A stretch of 64,000 nt of DNA from Myxococcales bacterium. Its GTDB lineage: Bacteria > Myxococcota > B64-G9. The position numbers and the translations under genes are program-made. The stretch spans positions 2,154-66,153 of the forward strand of contig JAAZNF010000003.1 in the NCBI GenBank assembly GCA_012798435.1, written 5' to 3'. Below the pieces are notes generated by a model, which saw only the letters and a program-made list of their open reading frames with translations, was not told the origin of the DNA and did not search any database. Positions 54,352 through 63,886 of this stretch are shown piece by piece. Position 1 is the stretch's first letter. Each line of letters starts with the position of its first letter.

Positions 54352-57300
54352 ATGAACGGAAGACGAGCCTTGTGGATCGCAATCGCTGCCACCGCACTCG
54401 CTGGAGCCGTGGGGTGCTCGGACAGCACCACCCCTGCCGACGGCAACAACCTGTGCTCGCGGGACGAGGAGTGTCCCATCGGCCAATACTGCGACGACGG
54501 GCTGTGCACCCCGGCCACCATCACCTGCCAGAACCCCAGCGACTGCCCGGAGGGGATGGTGTGCCGGCATGGCGCCTGCGTGGCGGCGGGCAACGATGGC
54601 GGCACGGACGGCGACGGCGGCGCGGACGGAGCGGACGGCGGGGACCAGGGCGGCCCGGAGCCGGACATCGAGATCGTGGAGCCGGCCGGGACCGGCGACC
54701 CGCCCGTGTACCAGATCGATTTCGGCAACGTCCAGGTGGGCGTGACCGCTTCGCAGCAGGTGAAGGTGCGCAACCGCGGCCAGGCCGAGCTGCGCCTGCT
54801 AGAGCTCAATCTGGAGGCCGGCGGCAACACCACCGAGTTCTCCGTGGCCAGCGAGACGCAAGGAAGGCTCCCCATCGCGCTTTCCCCGGGCCAGGAGACC
54901 CAGCTCGATGTGCTGTACCGCGCCCAGGACGGCCTGAGCGACACCGGCATCCTGGATATCATCTCGAACGACCCGGATCAGCCGCTGGTGAAAATCCACC
55001 TGCTGTCGGAGTTCAAGGGCGTGGCCCAGATCTCGGTCCAGCCGGTGACGCTGGCCTTCGGCGACGTGCCGGTGGGAGCGTCCTCCGCTCCGCTGGCCTT
55101 CACCGCGGCCAACACCGGCAGCGGCAACGCGGTGCTGTCGGTGTCGTCCATCGCCCTGGAGAACCCCGCCGACCAGGACTTCTCGCTGGCGGTCGAGGAC
55201 TCGGGCGGCGGCGCCCTCTCGGCTCCGTTCTTCCTCAACCACAACGACTTCGCCACCGTGCGCGTCACCTATCACCCCCAGCGGGCCGAATCCGACAGCG
55301 AGGGCGTCATCGTCGCATCCAATGACGCGCTGAACCCCTCGGCGCGGGTCGCCCTCTCCGGCACGGGCGTGGTCGCCGGCGTGGAGGTCCAGCCCAGCCC
55401 CATCGATCTGGGCCGGGTGCGGGTGGGCCAGCACGGCGAGCGGGAGGCGGTGATCCGCAACAGTGGCGGGGCCGATCTCTTGCTCTCAGGAGTGAGCCTC
55501 AGCGCGGGCGGGCCGGAGTGGTCGCTCTCGAGTCCCGACGTGGATCTCGCCACGCTCCCCGCCTCTCCCAAGCGGCTGCTGCCCGGCGAGTCCATCCGCG
55601 TCGTGGTCGGTTGCGATCCGTTGGCGCTCGGCGCCAAGACCGCCACCCTGACCATCGAGAACCAGAACGGCCAGCCCGCGCGCGACGTGAGCGCGCAGGC
55701 GCTGGCGTACGTTCCGCCCCATGTAGAGACCATCCCCGATCCGGCGCAGTTCGACTTCGGCGCGGTGCAGCTCGACGCCGCGACGTCGCAGGCGGACCAG
55801 CGCAGCGCCCTTCTGCGCATCCGCAACACAGGCAACGATCCGCTGCACATCACCCGGGTGGCGCGCGCCACCGGCACCTCGGCGGAGTTCGACTTCAGCC
55901 CCGCCTCCTTCGGCGCCGCGATCGGGCCGGGCGAGGAGGCGCAGCTTACGGTGAGCTTCCGTCCGGCCGCGACCGGCCAAAAGAACGGCGTGATCCTGGT
56001 CGACACCGACGACCCGGACATCGAGCTCGACTCGGTCGTCGGGCGTTTTGCCGTGGTCCTGGCCGGGCGTGGCGTGGATCCGGCGCTTTCCGTCGAGCCG
56101 GCCTCCATCGCCTTCGGCGACGTCACCATCGGCGGCACCGCCACGCGCACCATCACCATCCGCGACCTCTCGGCCGACCCGCTGACCGTCACCGGCATCC
56201 GCTTCGGCTCGGGAAGCTCCAGCGACTTCGCCCTGGAAAACCTCCCGGCGAACTTCCCGGTGGTGCTTTCGGGGCCGGCGGTGCCCCTCACCATCACGGT
56301 GCGCTACAGCCCGCCGGCGGCGGGTGATGATATCGGATCCGTGGAGGTCCTCTCGGACGACCTCGGGATGCCCCTGGCCACGGTTTCGCTTTCGGGCCGC
56401 GGCGCCGGTTGTCCGAGCGGGTTCGGCGACTGCGACGGCAATATCCCCGGCTGCGAGACCCCGCTCAACACCAACCAGAACTGCGGCGGCTGCGGTGTCC
56501 CCTGCGCTCCGGCCAACGCGAACGGCGACTGCAGCACCGGCACCTGCCAGGTGGCCTCTTGCATCGGTTTGTGGGCCGACTGCAACGGCCAACCCGGTGA
56601 CGGCTGCGAGACCCCGACCAACACCAACCAGAACTGCGGCGGCTGTAGCGTCGCCTGCGCCCCGGCCAACGCGACCGGCGATTGCAGCACCGGCACCTGC
56701 CAGGTGGCTTCTTGCATCGGCCTGTGGGGCAACTGCAACGGCCAACCCGGTGATGGATGCGAGACACCGACCAACACGACCACCAACTGCGGCGGCTGCG
56801 GTGTCCAGTGCGCCCCGGCCCACGCCACCGGCACCTGCTCCACGGGCACCTGCCAGGTGGCATCCTGCAACTTCCAGTACTGCAACGCGAACGGCTCTGT
56901 CGGCGACGGTTGCGAGTTCAACCTCGACACCAACCCCTCGTGCGGAAGCTACACCGACATCGGCGCGGTCCAGGGGGACCAGGGGGCGGACATCCTGCAC
57001 AACTACGGCACCGGCGAGAAGTGGCTGCGGCTGTGGGTGGCCGAGGCCAACAGCGACTTGAGCTGCGTGTACTTGAGCGCGGTGCTGCGGCTGTACCCGC
57101 CTGCCAACACCGACTATGATCTCTACGTCTACTGCGACAACTGCACCACCCAGGCCGGCTCCTCCAGCAACGGCGGCTCCACCATGGAGGAAGTCCAGAT
57201 CGCCTGGGACGAGGACTACACCATCAACTGGCCCACCTGCGTGCCCTCCGGCTCGGAATCCGGCCGTTATGTATACATCAACATTCGGTATTACTCGGCC

Positions 57301-57375
57301 AACATCTGCGACCAGTGGCACCTGGCGGTGTACGGAAACGTCGAGGTCAGTAGCCGCACCTGCTCGCGAAAGTAG
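54352..57375 (+). CDS. Surface lipoprotein with multiple ASH/choice-of-anchor-D Ig-like domains and Cys-rich repeats
   Basis: Lipobox AVGC. Five '(I/L/F)xFG.V..G....N.G...L....SNDP'-type domains and CxGxxxDGCE..N..NCGGC repeats. TATAAT at 54302 and AAGGAG RBS. Confidence 0.83.
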   Translation: MNGRRALWIAIAATALAGAVGCSDSTTPADGNNLCSRDEECPIGQYCDDGLCTPATITCQNPSDCPEGMVCRHGACVAAGNDGGTDGDGGADGADGGDQGGPEPDIEIVEPAGTGDPPVYQIDFGNVQVGVTASQQVKVRNRGQAELRLLELNLEAGGNTTEFSVASETQGRLPIALSPGQETQLDVLYRAQDGLSDTGILDIISNDPDQPLVKIHLLSEFKGVAQISVQPVTLAFGDVPVGASSAPLAFTAANTGSGNAVLSVSSIALENPADQDFSLAVEDSGGGALSAPFFLNHNDFATVRVTYHPQRAESDSEGVIVASNDALNPSARVALSGTGVVAGVEVQPSPIDLGRVRVGQHGEREAVIRNSGGADLLLSGVSLSAGGPEWSLSSPDVDLATLPASPKRLLPGESIRVVVGCDPLALGAKTATLTIENQNGQPARDVSAQALAYVPPHVETIPDPAQFDFGAVQLDAATSQADQRSALLRIRNTGNDPLHITRVARATGTSAEFDFSPASFGAAIGPGEEAQLTVSFRPAATGQKNGVILVDTDDPDIELDSVVGRFAVVLAGRGVDPALSVEPASIAFGDVTIGGTATRTITIRDLSADPLTVTGIRFGSGSSSDFALENLPANFPVVLSGPAVPLTITVRYSPPAAGDDIGSVEVLSDDLGMPLATVSLSGRGAGCPSGFGDCDGNIPGCETPLNTNQNCGGCGVPCAPANANGDCSTGTCQVASCIGLWADCNGQPGDGCETPTNTNQNCGGCSVACAPANATGDCSTGTCQVASCIGLWGNCNGQPGDGCETPTNTTTNCGGCGVQCAPAHATGTCSTGTCQVASCNFQYCNANGSVGDGCEFNLDTNPSCGSYTDIGAVQGDQGADILHNYGTGEKWLRLWVAEANSDLSCVYLSAVLRLYPPANTDYDLYVYCDNCTTQAGSSSNGGSTMEEVQIAWDEDYTINWPTCVPSGSESGRYVYINIRYYSANICDQWHLAVYGNVEVSSRTCSRK
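56455..56913 (+). repeat. Three tandem 153-bp (51-aa) coding repeats
   Basis: Units start at 56455, 56608 and 56761 (ETPxNTxxNCGGC...CQVASC...DGC), with high DNA similarity between units 1 and 2. Confidence 0.88.
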
Positions 57376-57381
57376 CGCCTC

Positions 57382-59259
57382 TCACCCCGGCCGCGACTGG
57401 ATGCCGTCCAGGGTGGCCACCATGTCCGCTCCGATCTCGGCCGCGTTGGCCTCGTCGGTGTCGATGTGCATCTCCAGCCGGTAGCTGTCCTTCACCCGGA
57501 TGAGCACGTCCCCGAAGGTGAGCGAGCGCGGGCCCTCGATGCGCACCCGCACCACGTCGCGATCGCGAAGGCCCAGCTCCTCGGCCTCGGCCGGGCTCAT
57601 GTGGATGTGACGCCGGGCGCAGATCACGCCCTGGCGTAGCGGGAGCGAGGCGGCCGGCCCCACCAGGGTGATCCCCGGCGTGCCGTCCAGATCGCCCGAG
57701 TCCCGGATGGGGGCGTCGATGCCCAACTTGAACTCCTCGGTGCGCGAGATCTCCACCTGGCTCGCCTTGCGCTCCGGGCCCAGCACCCGCACCCGCTCCA
57801 CCTTGCCACGCGGGCCGACCAGGTCCACCGCCTCCTCGCAGGCGAACTCGCCCGACTGGTACAGCGGCGCCTTCTGCGTCAAGCGGTGGCCAGGGCCGAA
57901 CAGCACCTCGACGTGCTCGCGGGTGAGGTGCACGTGGTGCGCCGACACCCCGATGGGGATGGGCCGCTGCCGCCCCGAGCGCAGGCGCTGGTCGATGTCC
58001 TCGCGCCCCAGCGCGCGCACCGTCTCGCGCGCCAGCATGCGCGCCTCGTCGGGCCGGACCACCAGCACCCGCACGCGCGAGGCCTCGTGGTCCAGCGACG
58101 CCACCTCCTGGCCGTCGGAAAGCCCGCGGGCGTTCGCGGTCGCGTCCAGCACGATCCCCAGGTGCCCCAGCCCCTGACAGATGCGGGTGCGGATGCCCGG
58201 CTCGGTCGAGCCCGCCCCGCCGGTGAAGACCAACGCGTCGCACCCGCCCAGGGTGGCCACCATGGCCCCGACGGCCTTTCGCAGCCGGTGGCAGTACACC
58301 TGCACCGCGAGCTGCGCCCCCTCGTGACCCCGCTCCGCCGCCTCCAGGACGTCCTGGATGTCGCCGGCCACCCCCGAAAGCCCCGAGAGTCCACTCTGCT
58401 CGCCGACCAGGCGCGCCGCCGAGGCCGGGTCCAGGCCTTCTTCCCGCATCAGGTACAAGAGCGCCCCGGGGTCCAGGTCGCCTGAGCGCACCGCCATGGG
58501 CGGGCCCTCGAAGGGCGTGAGCCCCATGCTGGTGTCCACCGGCCGCCCGTGGTCGATGGCCGCGAGCGAGGTGCCGTTGCCGAGGTGGACCGTCACCACC
58601 TTGAGCCACTCGGACGGCCGCTCGAGGTAGGCCGCCGCCTGGAAGAGCGCGAACTTGTGGGACAGCCCGAAGAACCCCAGCCGCCGCACCCCGCGCTCGC
58701 GAAAGTAGCGCATGGGCAAGGCGTAGAGCTGCGCGACCTGCGGCAGGTTGGCGAAGTAGGCCGTGTCGAACACCGCCACGTGCGGCACGCCCGGCAGGCG
58801 CTCGCGAGCGAGGTCCAGCGCCAGCAGCCGCGCCTGGTGCTCTCCGGCGTCGAAGCCCGCGCGCCCGATCTCGGTCCGCACCTCGTCGTCCACCACCACC
58901 GCGCTGCCATAGCGCGCCGAGCCGTACAGGACCTGGTGCCCGACCGCCGACAGCGCGGATAGATCCACTCCGGCGCCACCGGGCCCCGAAAGAAAATGGA
59001 GCGCCTGCTCCAGGGCCTGGCGGTGATCGCGGACGGCGCACGGCTCCTTGCGCTCGAAGTCTGGCCCGCGAAGTCGGTGGCTCCCCTGCGGCAGGCCGAT
59101 CCCCCGCACCTCGCCGCTCAAGCGATGGGCGGGATCGGCGGTGTCGATCCAGTCGTAGCGCAGGGCCAGCGAGCGCGGGTTGAAGAGGAGCAGCCGCAGG
59201 GACTTTCCGCGCGCGATGTCCTTGACCTGGTAGCGATCAGATTCGATCTTCTGGGTCAT
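57382..59259 (-). CDS. Acetate/propionate kinase-like domain fused to PduL-type phosphotransacylase
   Basis: AckA-like motifs FDTA, HLGNG, DTSMGLTP.EG...RSGDLDP and VFTGG. C-terminal PduL motifs GVSAHHVHL, VRVLGPER..SQVEIS, SGDL.GTPG, RRHIHM and MHIDTDEANAA. Confidence 0.88.
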   Translation of the reverse strand: MTQKIESDRYQVKDIARGKSLRLLLFNPRSLALRYDWIDTADPAHRLSGEVRGIGLPQGSHRLRGPDFERKEPCAVRDHRQALEQALHFLSGPGGAGVDLSALSAVGHQVLYGSARYGSAVVVDDEVRTEIGRAGFDAGEHQARLLALDLARERLPGVPHVAVFDTAYFANLPQVAQLYALPMRYFRERGVRRLGFFGLSHKFALFQAAAYLERPSEWLKVVTVHLGNGTSLAAIDHGRPVDTSMGLTPFEGPPMAVRSGDLDPGALLYLMREEGLDPASAARLVGEQSGLSGLSGVAGDIQDVLEAAERGHEGAQLAVQVYCHRLRKAVGAMVATLGGCDALVFTGGAGSTEPGIRTRICQGLGHLGIVLDATANARGLSDGQEVASLDHEASRVRVLVVRPDEARMLARETVRALGREDIDQRLRSGRQRPIPIGVSAHHVHLTREHVEVLFGPGHRLTQKAPLYQSGEFACEEAVDLVGPRGKVERVRVLGPERKASQVEISRTEEFKLGIDAPIRDSGDLDGTPGITLVGPAASLPLRQGVICARRHIHMSPAEAEELGLRDRDVVRVRIEGPRSLTFGDVLIRVKDSYRLEMHIDTDEANAAEIGADMVATLDGIQSRPG

Positions 59260-59280
59260 GTCGCCTCCCGCGTCACTATA

Positions 59281-59970
59281 TCACTGGCTTGCAGCGAGAT
59301 CCGCCTCGGCGGTGATGGAGCGGAGCCGCGCCGTAAGCTCTCCGGCCAGGCGCACGAGCTCCTCGCGACTGGCCGTCCGTGGCACCCGCATGGGTTCGCC
59401 ATACACCACCACCGCCCGCGCGAACGGCGCCGGGATGCGGAACCGGTCCCAGGCCCGGCGCAGGACGCCGCAACGCGAATAGCCGATGGTGATGGGAACC
59501 ACCGGGCAATGCAAGCGCGAGGCCAGCGCCAGGATTCCCGGCTTGGCCTCCTCCGCCGGGCCGCGAGGCCCGTCCACCGCCAGCCCCACCGACACCCCGG
59601 CGCGCAGGCGCTCGGCGAGGCCGCGCAGGGCCTGGAGCCCTCCCCGCGAGCTGGAGCCGCGCACCACCGTGAGCCCGAAGCGCCGGCACACCACCGCCTG
59701 CAGCGCCCCGTCCCGGCTGAGGCTGGCCATGACCGCGAGATGCTTCTCCGGGTTGGCTCGAAACAGGCCGAGTTGCCGTCCGTGCCAGAAGGCGTATAGC
59801 AGGGGCTGTCCCCCCTCCCCTTCCTCTCGCGCCCGCGCCAGTCGCTCGGGGTGCAGGACCCTCAGGCGCAGCGTGGCCAGCAGCAGGCGAGCGATGGCAA
59901 AGGCGAGCAGCGCGAGCAGGCGCCGCCCCCATCCGGCGCGGGCCGAGGCTGGCGGCGACGGTTCAGCCAT
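59281..59970 (-). CDS. DUF374 / lysophospholipid acyltransferase family protein
   Basis: YAFWHGR, SLSRDG, VRGSSSRGG, AVDGPRGP and WDRF.IP.PF. Confidence 0.88.
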   Translation of the reverse strand: MAEPSPPASARAGWGRRLLALLAFAIARLLLATLRLRVLHPERLARAREEGEGGQPLLYAFWHGRQLGLFRANPEKHLAVMASLSRDGALQAVVCRRFGLTVVRGSSSRGGLQALRGLAERLRAGVSVGLAVDGPRGPAEEAKPGILALASRLHCPVVPITIGYSRCGVLRRAWDRFRIPAPFARAVVVYGEPMRVPRTASREELVRLAGELTARLRSITAEADLAASQ

Positions 59971-61141
59971 GGCGGCCCAGGAAGGATTGCATCCGGTCCA
60001 TGCCTTCCTGGATGTTGGCGAGCGAGTTGCAGTACGAGATACGGATGAATCCCTCGCCGCCCGGCCCGAAGTCGGTCCCCGGCGTCACCGCCACCCCTGC
60101 CTCCTCGAGGAGCTGGAAGGCGAAGCGGTACACGTCGTCGGTGTAGCGGCGCACGTTGACGAACACGTAGAAGGCCCCGGTCGGCTCGACCAGCGGCGAA
60201 AGACCCATCTCGGCCAGGCGCGAGAGGATGAGCCTGCGACGCTCGTCGTAACATTGGCGCATGCGCTCGACGTCGGGCCCCGCCTGGCGCAGCGCCACCA
60301 CCGCCGCCAGCTGCGCGAAGTCGGGGGCCGAGATGAACAGGTTCTGCTGCAGCTTCTGCACCGGCCGCACCAGCGGCGGCGGCAGCACCAGGTAGCCCAG
60401 GCGCCAGCCGGTCATGGCGAAGAGCTTGGAGAAGCTGTTCACCACCACGGCGTCGGGGCAGACCTCGAGGATGGAGGCTGCCTCGGTGCCGTAGGTCAGG
60501 CCATGGTACACCTCGTCCGAGACGATCGCCGCCTTGCCGCACACCGCCTCGGCCAGCTCCTCCAGACGGCGCTTGCCGGTGATGATGCCGGTGGGGTTCG
60601 CGGGCGAGTTGATGACGAGCGCGCGGGTACGCGGCGAGAGCCGCGCGCGGACCGCCTGCGGGTCGAGCTGGAAACCGTCCTCCTCGCGCACCGGCAGGCG
60701 CACCGCCACGCCACCGAAGGCCTGGATGAAGTTGGGATAGCAGGCGTAGTGGGGATCCGACAGGAGGGCCTCGTCTCCAGGGTCGAGCAGGGCCCCGAAG
60801 GCCAGCAGCATTCCGCCGGAACTGCCCACGGTGACCACCACTCGCTCCGGCGCCACGGAGACGCGGTGGCGCGCGGAGAGCCACTCGGCGATGGCCGCAC
60901 GGAGCTCGGGGTGGCCGAGCGAGTGGGTATAGTGGGTATGCCCGTCGCGCATGGCCCGCTCGGCCGCCTCGCGCACCACCGCCGGCGTGTCGAAGTCCGG
61001 CTCGCCCACCTCCAGGTGGACGATGGAGCGGCCCTGGGCGGACAGAGCCGCCGCGCGCTCGAGAACCTCCATCACCAGAAACGGCGACATGCGCTGCGCC
61101 CGCTGGCTCACTGGGATCGGTTTGTCTCGCGGTTCACTCAT
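59963..61141 (-). CDS. PLP-dependent aminotransferase class I/II (aspartate aminotransferase-like)
   Basis: GEPDFDTP, NSPANPTG, SDEVY, SFSKLFAMTGWRLG and GAFY. Confidence 0.92.
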   Translation of the reverse strand: MSEPRDKPIPVSQRAQRMSPFLVMEVLERAAALSAQGRSIVHLEVGEPDFDTPAVVREAAERAMRDGHTHYTHSLGHPELRAAIAEWLSARHRVSVAPERVVVTVGSSGGMLLAFGALLDPGDEALLSDPHYACYPNFIQAFGGVAVRLPVREEDGFQLDPQAVRARLSPRTRALVINSPANPTGIITGKRRLEELAEAVCGKAAIVSDEVYHGLTYGTEAASILEVCPDAVVVNSFSKLFAMTGWRLGYLVLPPPLVRPVQKLQQNLFISAPDFAQLAAVVALRQAGPDVERMRQCYDERRRLILSRLAEMGLSPLVEPTGAFYVFVNVRRYTDDVYRFAFQLLEEAGVAVTPGTDFGPGGEGFIRISYCNSLANIQEGMDRMQSFLGRHG

Positions 61142-62018
61142 GGGCTTTCTCCGGATCGCCGGTGTCGGCTCCCCCGATCTCCACCGCCAGGCGGTAGATC
61201 TCGCGACGCGGCACCGGCAGCAATCTCGAGAGCAAGGCGGCACACTCCGCCGCGCCCAGGCGGCGCCCCGCCCGCAGGGCCGAGACGAGCTTTTCGATCT
61301 CCGGCCGGGACGGCGGCACTGACGGGCCTCCGGATGCGCCCTCGACGAGCAACACCACCTCTCCCGGCGGCGGTTCGACAAAGCGCCGGGCCAGCCCGGG
61401 GAGGGTGTCGCGAACCAGCTCCTCGTGCAGCTTGGTGAGCTCGCGCGCCACCACCGCCCGTCGCGGGCCCAGGATCTTGGCCGCGGCGGCCAGCGTCGCC
61501 GGCAGGCGGCGCCCCGCCTCGTAAAAGATCAAGGTGCCGGGCTCGGCCGCGAGCGAGCCGAGATGCGAGGTGAGCTCCGCTTCCTTCCGCGGCAAGAAGC
61601 CGACAAAGAGGAAGCGGCGGGACAAGAGCCCCGAGGCGCAGAGCGCCGCGATCGCCGCCGACGGGCCCGGCAAGGCGGACACCCGGAAGCCGCGCTCGAT
61701 GGCCAGGGAAACCAAGGCCTCGCCAGGATCCGAGATCCCCGGGGTGCCGGCGTCGGAGACGAGCACCACCTTCAAACCGCGCTCCAGCGCGTCCAGGATC
61801 TCGATCGAGGCCCTCTCGTGATTCTGCTCGCGGTAGGAGACGAGGCGCGCATGAATCCCATGAGCGGACAGGAGCTCTCGAGTGTGGCGCGTGTCCTCGG
61901 CGGCCACCACGTCGGCCTGGCGCAACGCCTCCAGCGCGCGTAGGGTGATGTCGCGCAGGTTGCCGATGGGGGTCGCGGCCAGGTACAGCACGCCGCCTTC
62001 GAGCTGTGGCGCATCCAT
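61134..62018 (-). CDS. rsmI: 16S rRNA (cytidine1402-2'-O)-methyltransferase
   Basis: LYLAATPIGNL.DIT.RAL, AAEDTR, VSDAGTPGISDPG and ARELTKLHEE. Confidence 0.93.
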   Translation of the reverse strand: MDAPQLEGGVLYLAATPIGNLRDITLRALEALRQADVVAAEDTRHTRELLSAHGIHARLVSYREQNHERASIEILDALERGLKVVLVSDAGTPGISDPGEALVSLAIERGFRVSALPGPSAAIAALCASGLLSRRFLFVGFLPRKEAELTSHLGSLAAEPGTLIFYEAGRRLPATLAAAAKILGPRRAVVARELTKLHEELVRDTLPGLARRFVEPPPGEVVLLVEGASGGPSVPPSRPEIEKLVSALRAGRRLGAAECAALLSRLLPVPRREIYRLAVEIGGADTGDPEKAHE

Positions 62019-62109
62019 GCTTCCTCCGCGGGGAGGGAGCGTAGGACAGGCGCCCCGAGAGATCAACCCGGAAGGTGAGACGGCAAGAGACTGCGAACGG
62101 ACGCTCTCG

Positions 62110-62703
62110 CTACTTGACGCACTTGGCGAACTCTTCCGCCGAAGCAGCCTTCTGCTGACAGTCGGTCACGCTCTTCTTCACGCCGGCGTTCACGCAGCCC
62201 TCGGCGCACGCGGCCACGGCCTTCTCTCGGGCGGCCTTCTCTTCCTCGGCGGCCTTGGCGGCGGCGGCCTTGGCCTGCTCGACCATCTCGGCCTTGCCCT
62301 TTTCCAGGGCAGCGATCTGGTCGGCGAACTCCTTGGCCTTGGCTTCCTTCTTGGCAGCGTACTCGGCGTTCAGCTTGGCCTTGGCCTCCTCGGCCTTCTT
62401 GTCCGGCTTGGCCTTGCCCTTCTTGGGGGGCTTGGCTTCCTTCACCGCGGCGAGCTTGTCAGCCAGTTCCTTGTCGATCGCCGCCAGGGCGGCCTCTTTG
62501 TCCTTGTTGATCTGCTCGATCTTGGCGGCGAAGTCCTTTTCGGCCGCGGCGGCCGGATCGGCGGCAGCCTCTTTCTTGGGTTGGTTCAGGTCGACGTTCT
62601 TCTGGCAGGCCGCGGTGCAATCGTCCTTGGACGCCTTGGGAGCGCAGGCGACGATCAACCCGGCCAGTCCGACCACACACACGATTCCGAGTAGCTTCTT
62701 CAT
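62110..62703 (-). CDS. Lipoprotein: six-Cys helical domain with a long Ala/Lys/Glu coiled-coil insert
   Basis: Lipobox LIVAC, then CTAAC ... ~125-aa mainly helical insert ... CAEGC..C..C. AGGAGG RBS and promoter TTGACA-17-TATACG (62747-62775). Confidence 0.8.
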   Translation of the reverse strand: MKKLLGIVCVVGLAGLIVACAPKASKDDCTAACQKNVDLNQPKKEAAADPAAAAEKDFAAKIEQINKDKEAALAAIDKELADKLAAVKEAKPPKKGKAKPDKKAEEAKAKLNAEYAAKKEAKAKEFADQIAALEKGKAEMVEQAKAAAAKAAEEEKAAREKAVAACAEGCVNAGVKKSVTDCQQKAASAEEFAKCVK

Positions 62704-62798
62704 TGTCAAAGCCTCCTGTAGTAGAGAACCTTTATAAACGGCGAGCCGTATAGCACCAGTCTGTAAAGATGTCAAACTCGGCAGGTGCAACGCTCAGA

Positions 62799-63884
62799 TC
62801 ACTTCGCGCCGGCGCTCCCCGTCTTCATCTTACGCAAAATTTCCTGGTAACGTGGTTCGGAGCGGAGGTTGGCCAGGTCCGGGTCCTCTTCCAGCACCTG
62901 CGGTTGCACGAAACCGTTGAGGGCCGCGATGTCGAGGTAGCGGAAGGCGAGGTCTTTCTTCTTGGTCAGTGAATAGATGCAGGCCATGTTGTAGAAGGCG
63001 TCGCCGAAGTTGGGGTTCACCTCCAACGACTTCTTGTACCACGAGAGCGCCTCATCGTAGTCCTGCCGCGCGTAGTACGTCACCCCCACGCCGTTGAAGG
63101 CCTCAGGCCGGGTCGGATCCAACTCGGTGGCTTCCAGAAACTTCCTTCGGGCTCGCTCGAAGAACCCCCCTTCCATCAACCCCTGTCCCTCCTCCATGGC
63201 CGCACGCCAGCTCGCGCGATTGGCCTCGTAGGCCTTGGGGTCGAGGGGTTTGACCTCGGGTTCTACCTGCCGACCCTTATCGTCGGTGAGAGATTGGGAA
63301 TCTGGGTTCTCGACCTGGGGGGGATCGTTGCCGGCGGAGGCCACCGCCACACCCCCATCCAACCCCGGGCCTGTCCCCGTGTTTCCCACTGTGTTTCCAG
63401 GGCTTGTTCCCGCGTCTACTCCACCGTCCGATGAGCCAACTGGCGGCGCGGGCGGCTTGGGCGGTTGCGGGCGCACCTTTCGAATGATGAGACCCGAGCC
63501 TTGACCCTTGCCGACGATTTTGCACTCGGTCTTCTGGAAGTGGGCGGCGCCGGAGAGGACCTTGCCCTGGCGTGCGACCAGAAGGACCAGGGGAGCCCAG
63601 CCGTCTCCCTGGCAGTCCTTTCCCTTCAGGCAGTACCTGATTTGTCCGCTCAGGCTATCGTCAAGGAGAAGTCCCTTGAGGACTTCTTCTCCTTTCTTAA
63701 AGGCACATCCTTGGCAGCGTTGCATCAGGGTCCCGGACACTTGGAGACCCTTCTGACTGACCTTGATGATACCCAGTGGGGTCCACCAACGACCCTCCAA
63801 CTTCACCTGCGCCTGGGCGGAAGGCACCAGACCGATCCCTAAAAGAAGCGCGCACCCCAAGCCATAGAACACGCCATGCCGCAT
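62799..63884 (-). CDS. Exported TPR-repeat protein
   Basis: Signal peptide (SAQA), beta-rich N-domain and Pro/Gly linker. TPRs (EAFNGVG..; DAFYNMACIYS) and C-terminal DPDLANLR.EPRY. Confidence 0.83.
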   Translation of the reverse strand: MRHGVFYGLGCALLLGIGLVPSAQAQVKLEGRWWTPLGIIKVSQKGLQVSGTLMQRCQGCAFKKGEEVLKGLLLDDSLSGQIRYCLKGKDCQGDGWAPLVLLVARQGKVLSGAAHFQKTECKIVGKGQGSGLIIRKVRPQPPKPPAPPVGSSDGGVDAGTSPGNTVGNTGTGPGLDGGVAVASAGNDPPQVENPDSQSLTDDKGRQVEPEVKPLDPKAYEANRASWRAAMEEGQGLMEGGFFERARRKFLEATELDPTRPEAFNGVGVTYYARQDYDEALSWYKKSLEVNPNFGDAFYNMACIYSLTKKKDLAFRYLDIAALNGFVQPQVLEEDPDLANLRSEPRYQEILRKMKTGSAGAK

Positions 63885-63886
63885 GA

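Noticed and set aside
57382-57965. Bacterial microcompartment locus implied by PduL
   Set aside because: No BMC-H/T/P shell genes or signature enzymes occur in the window.
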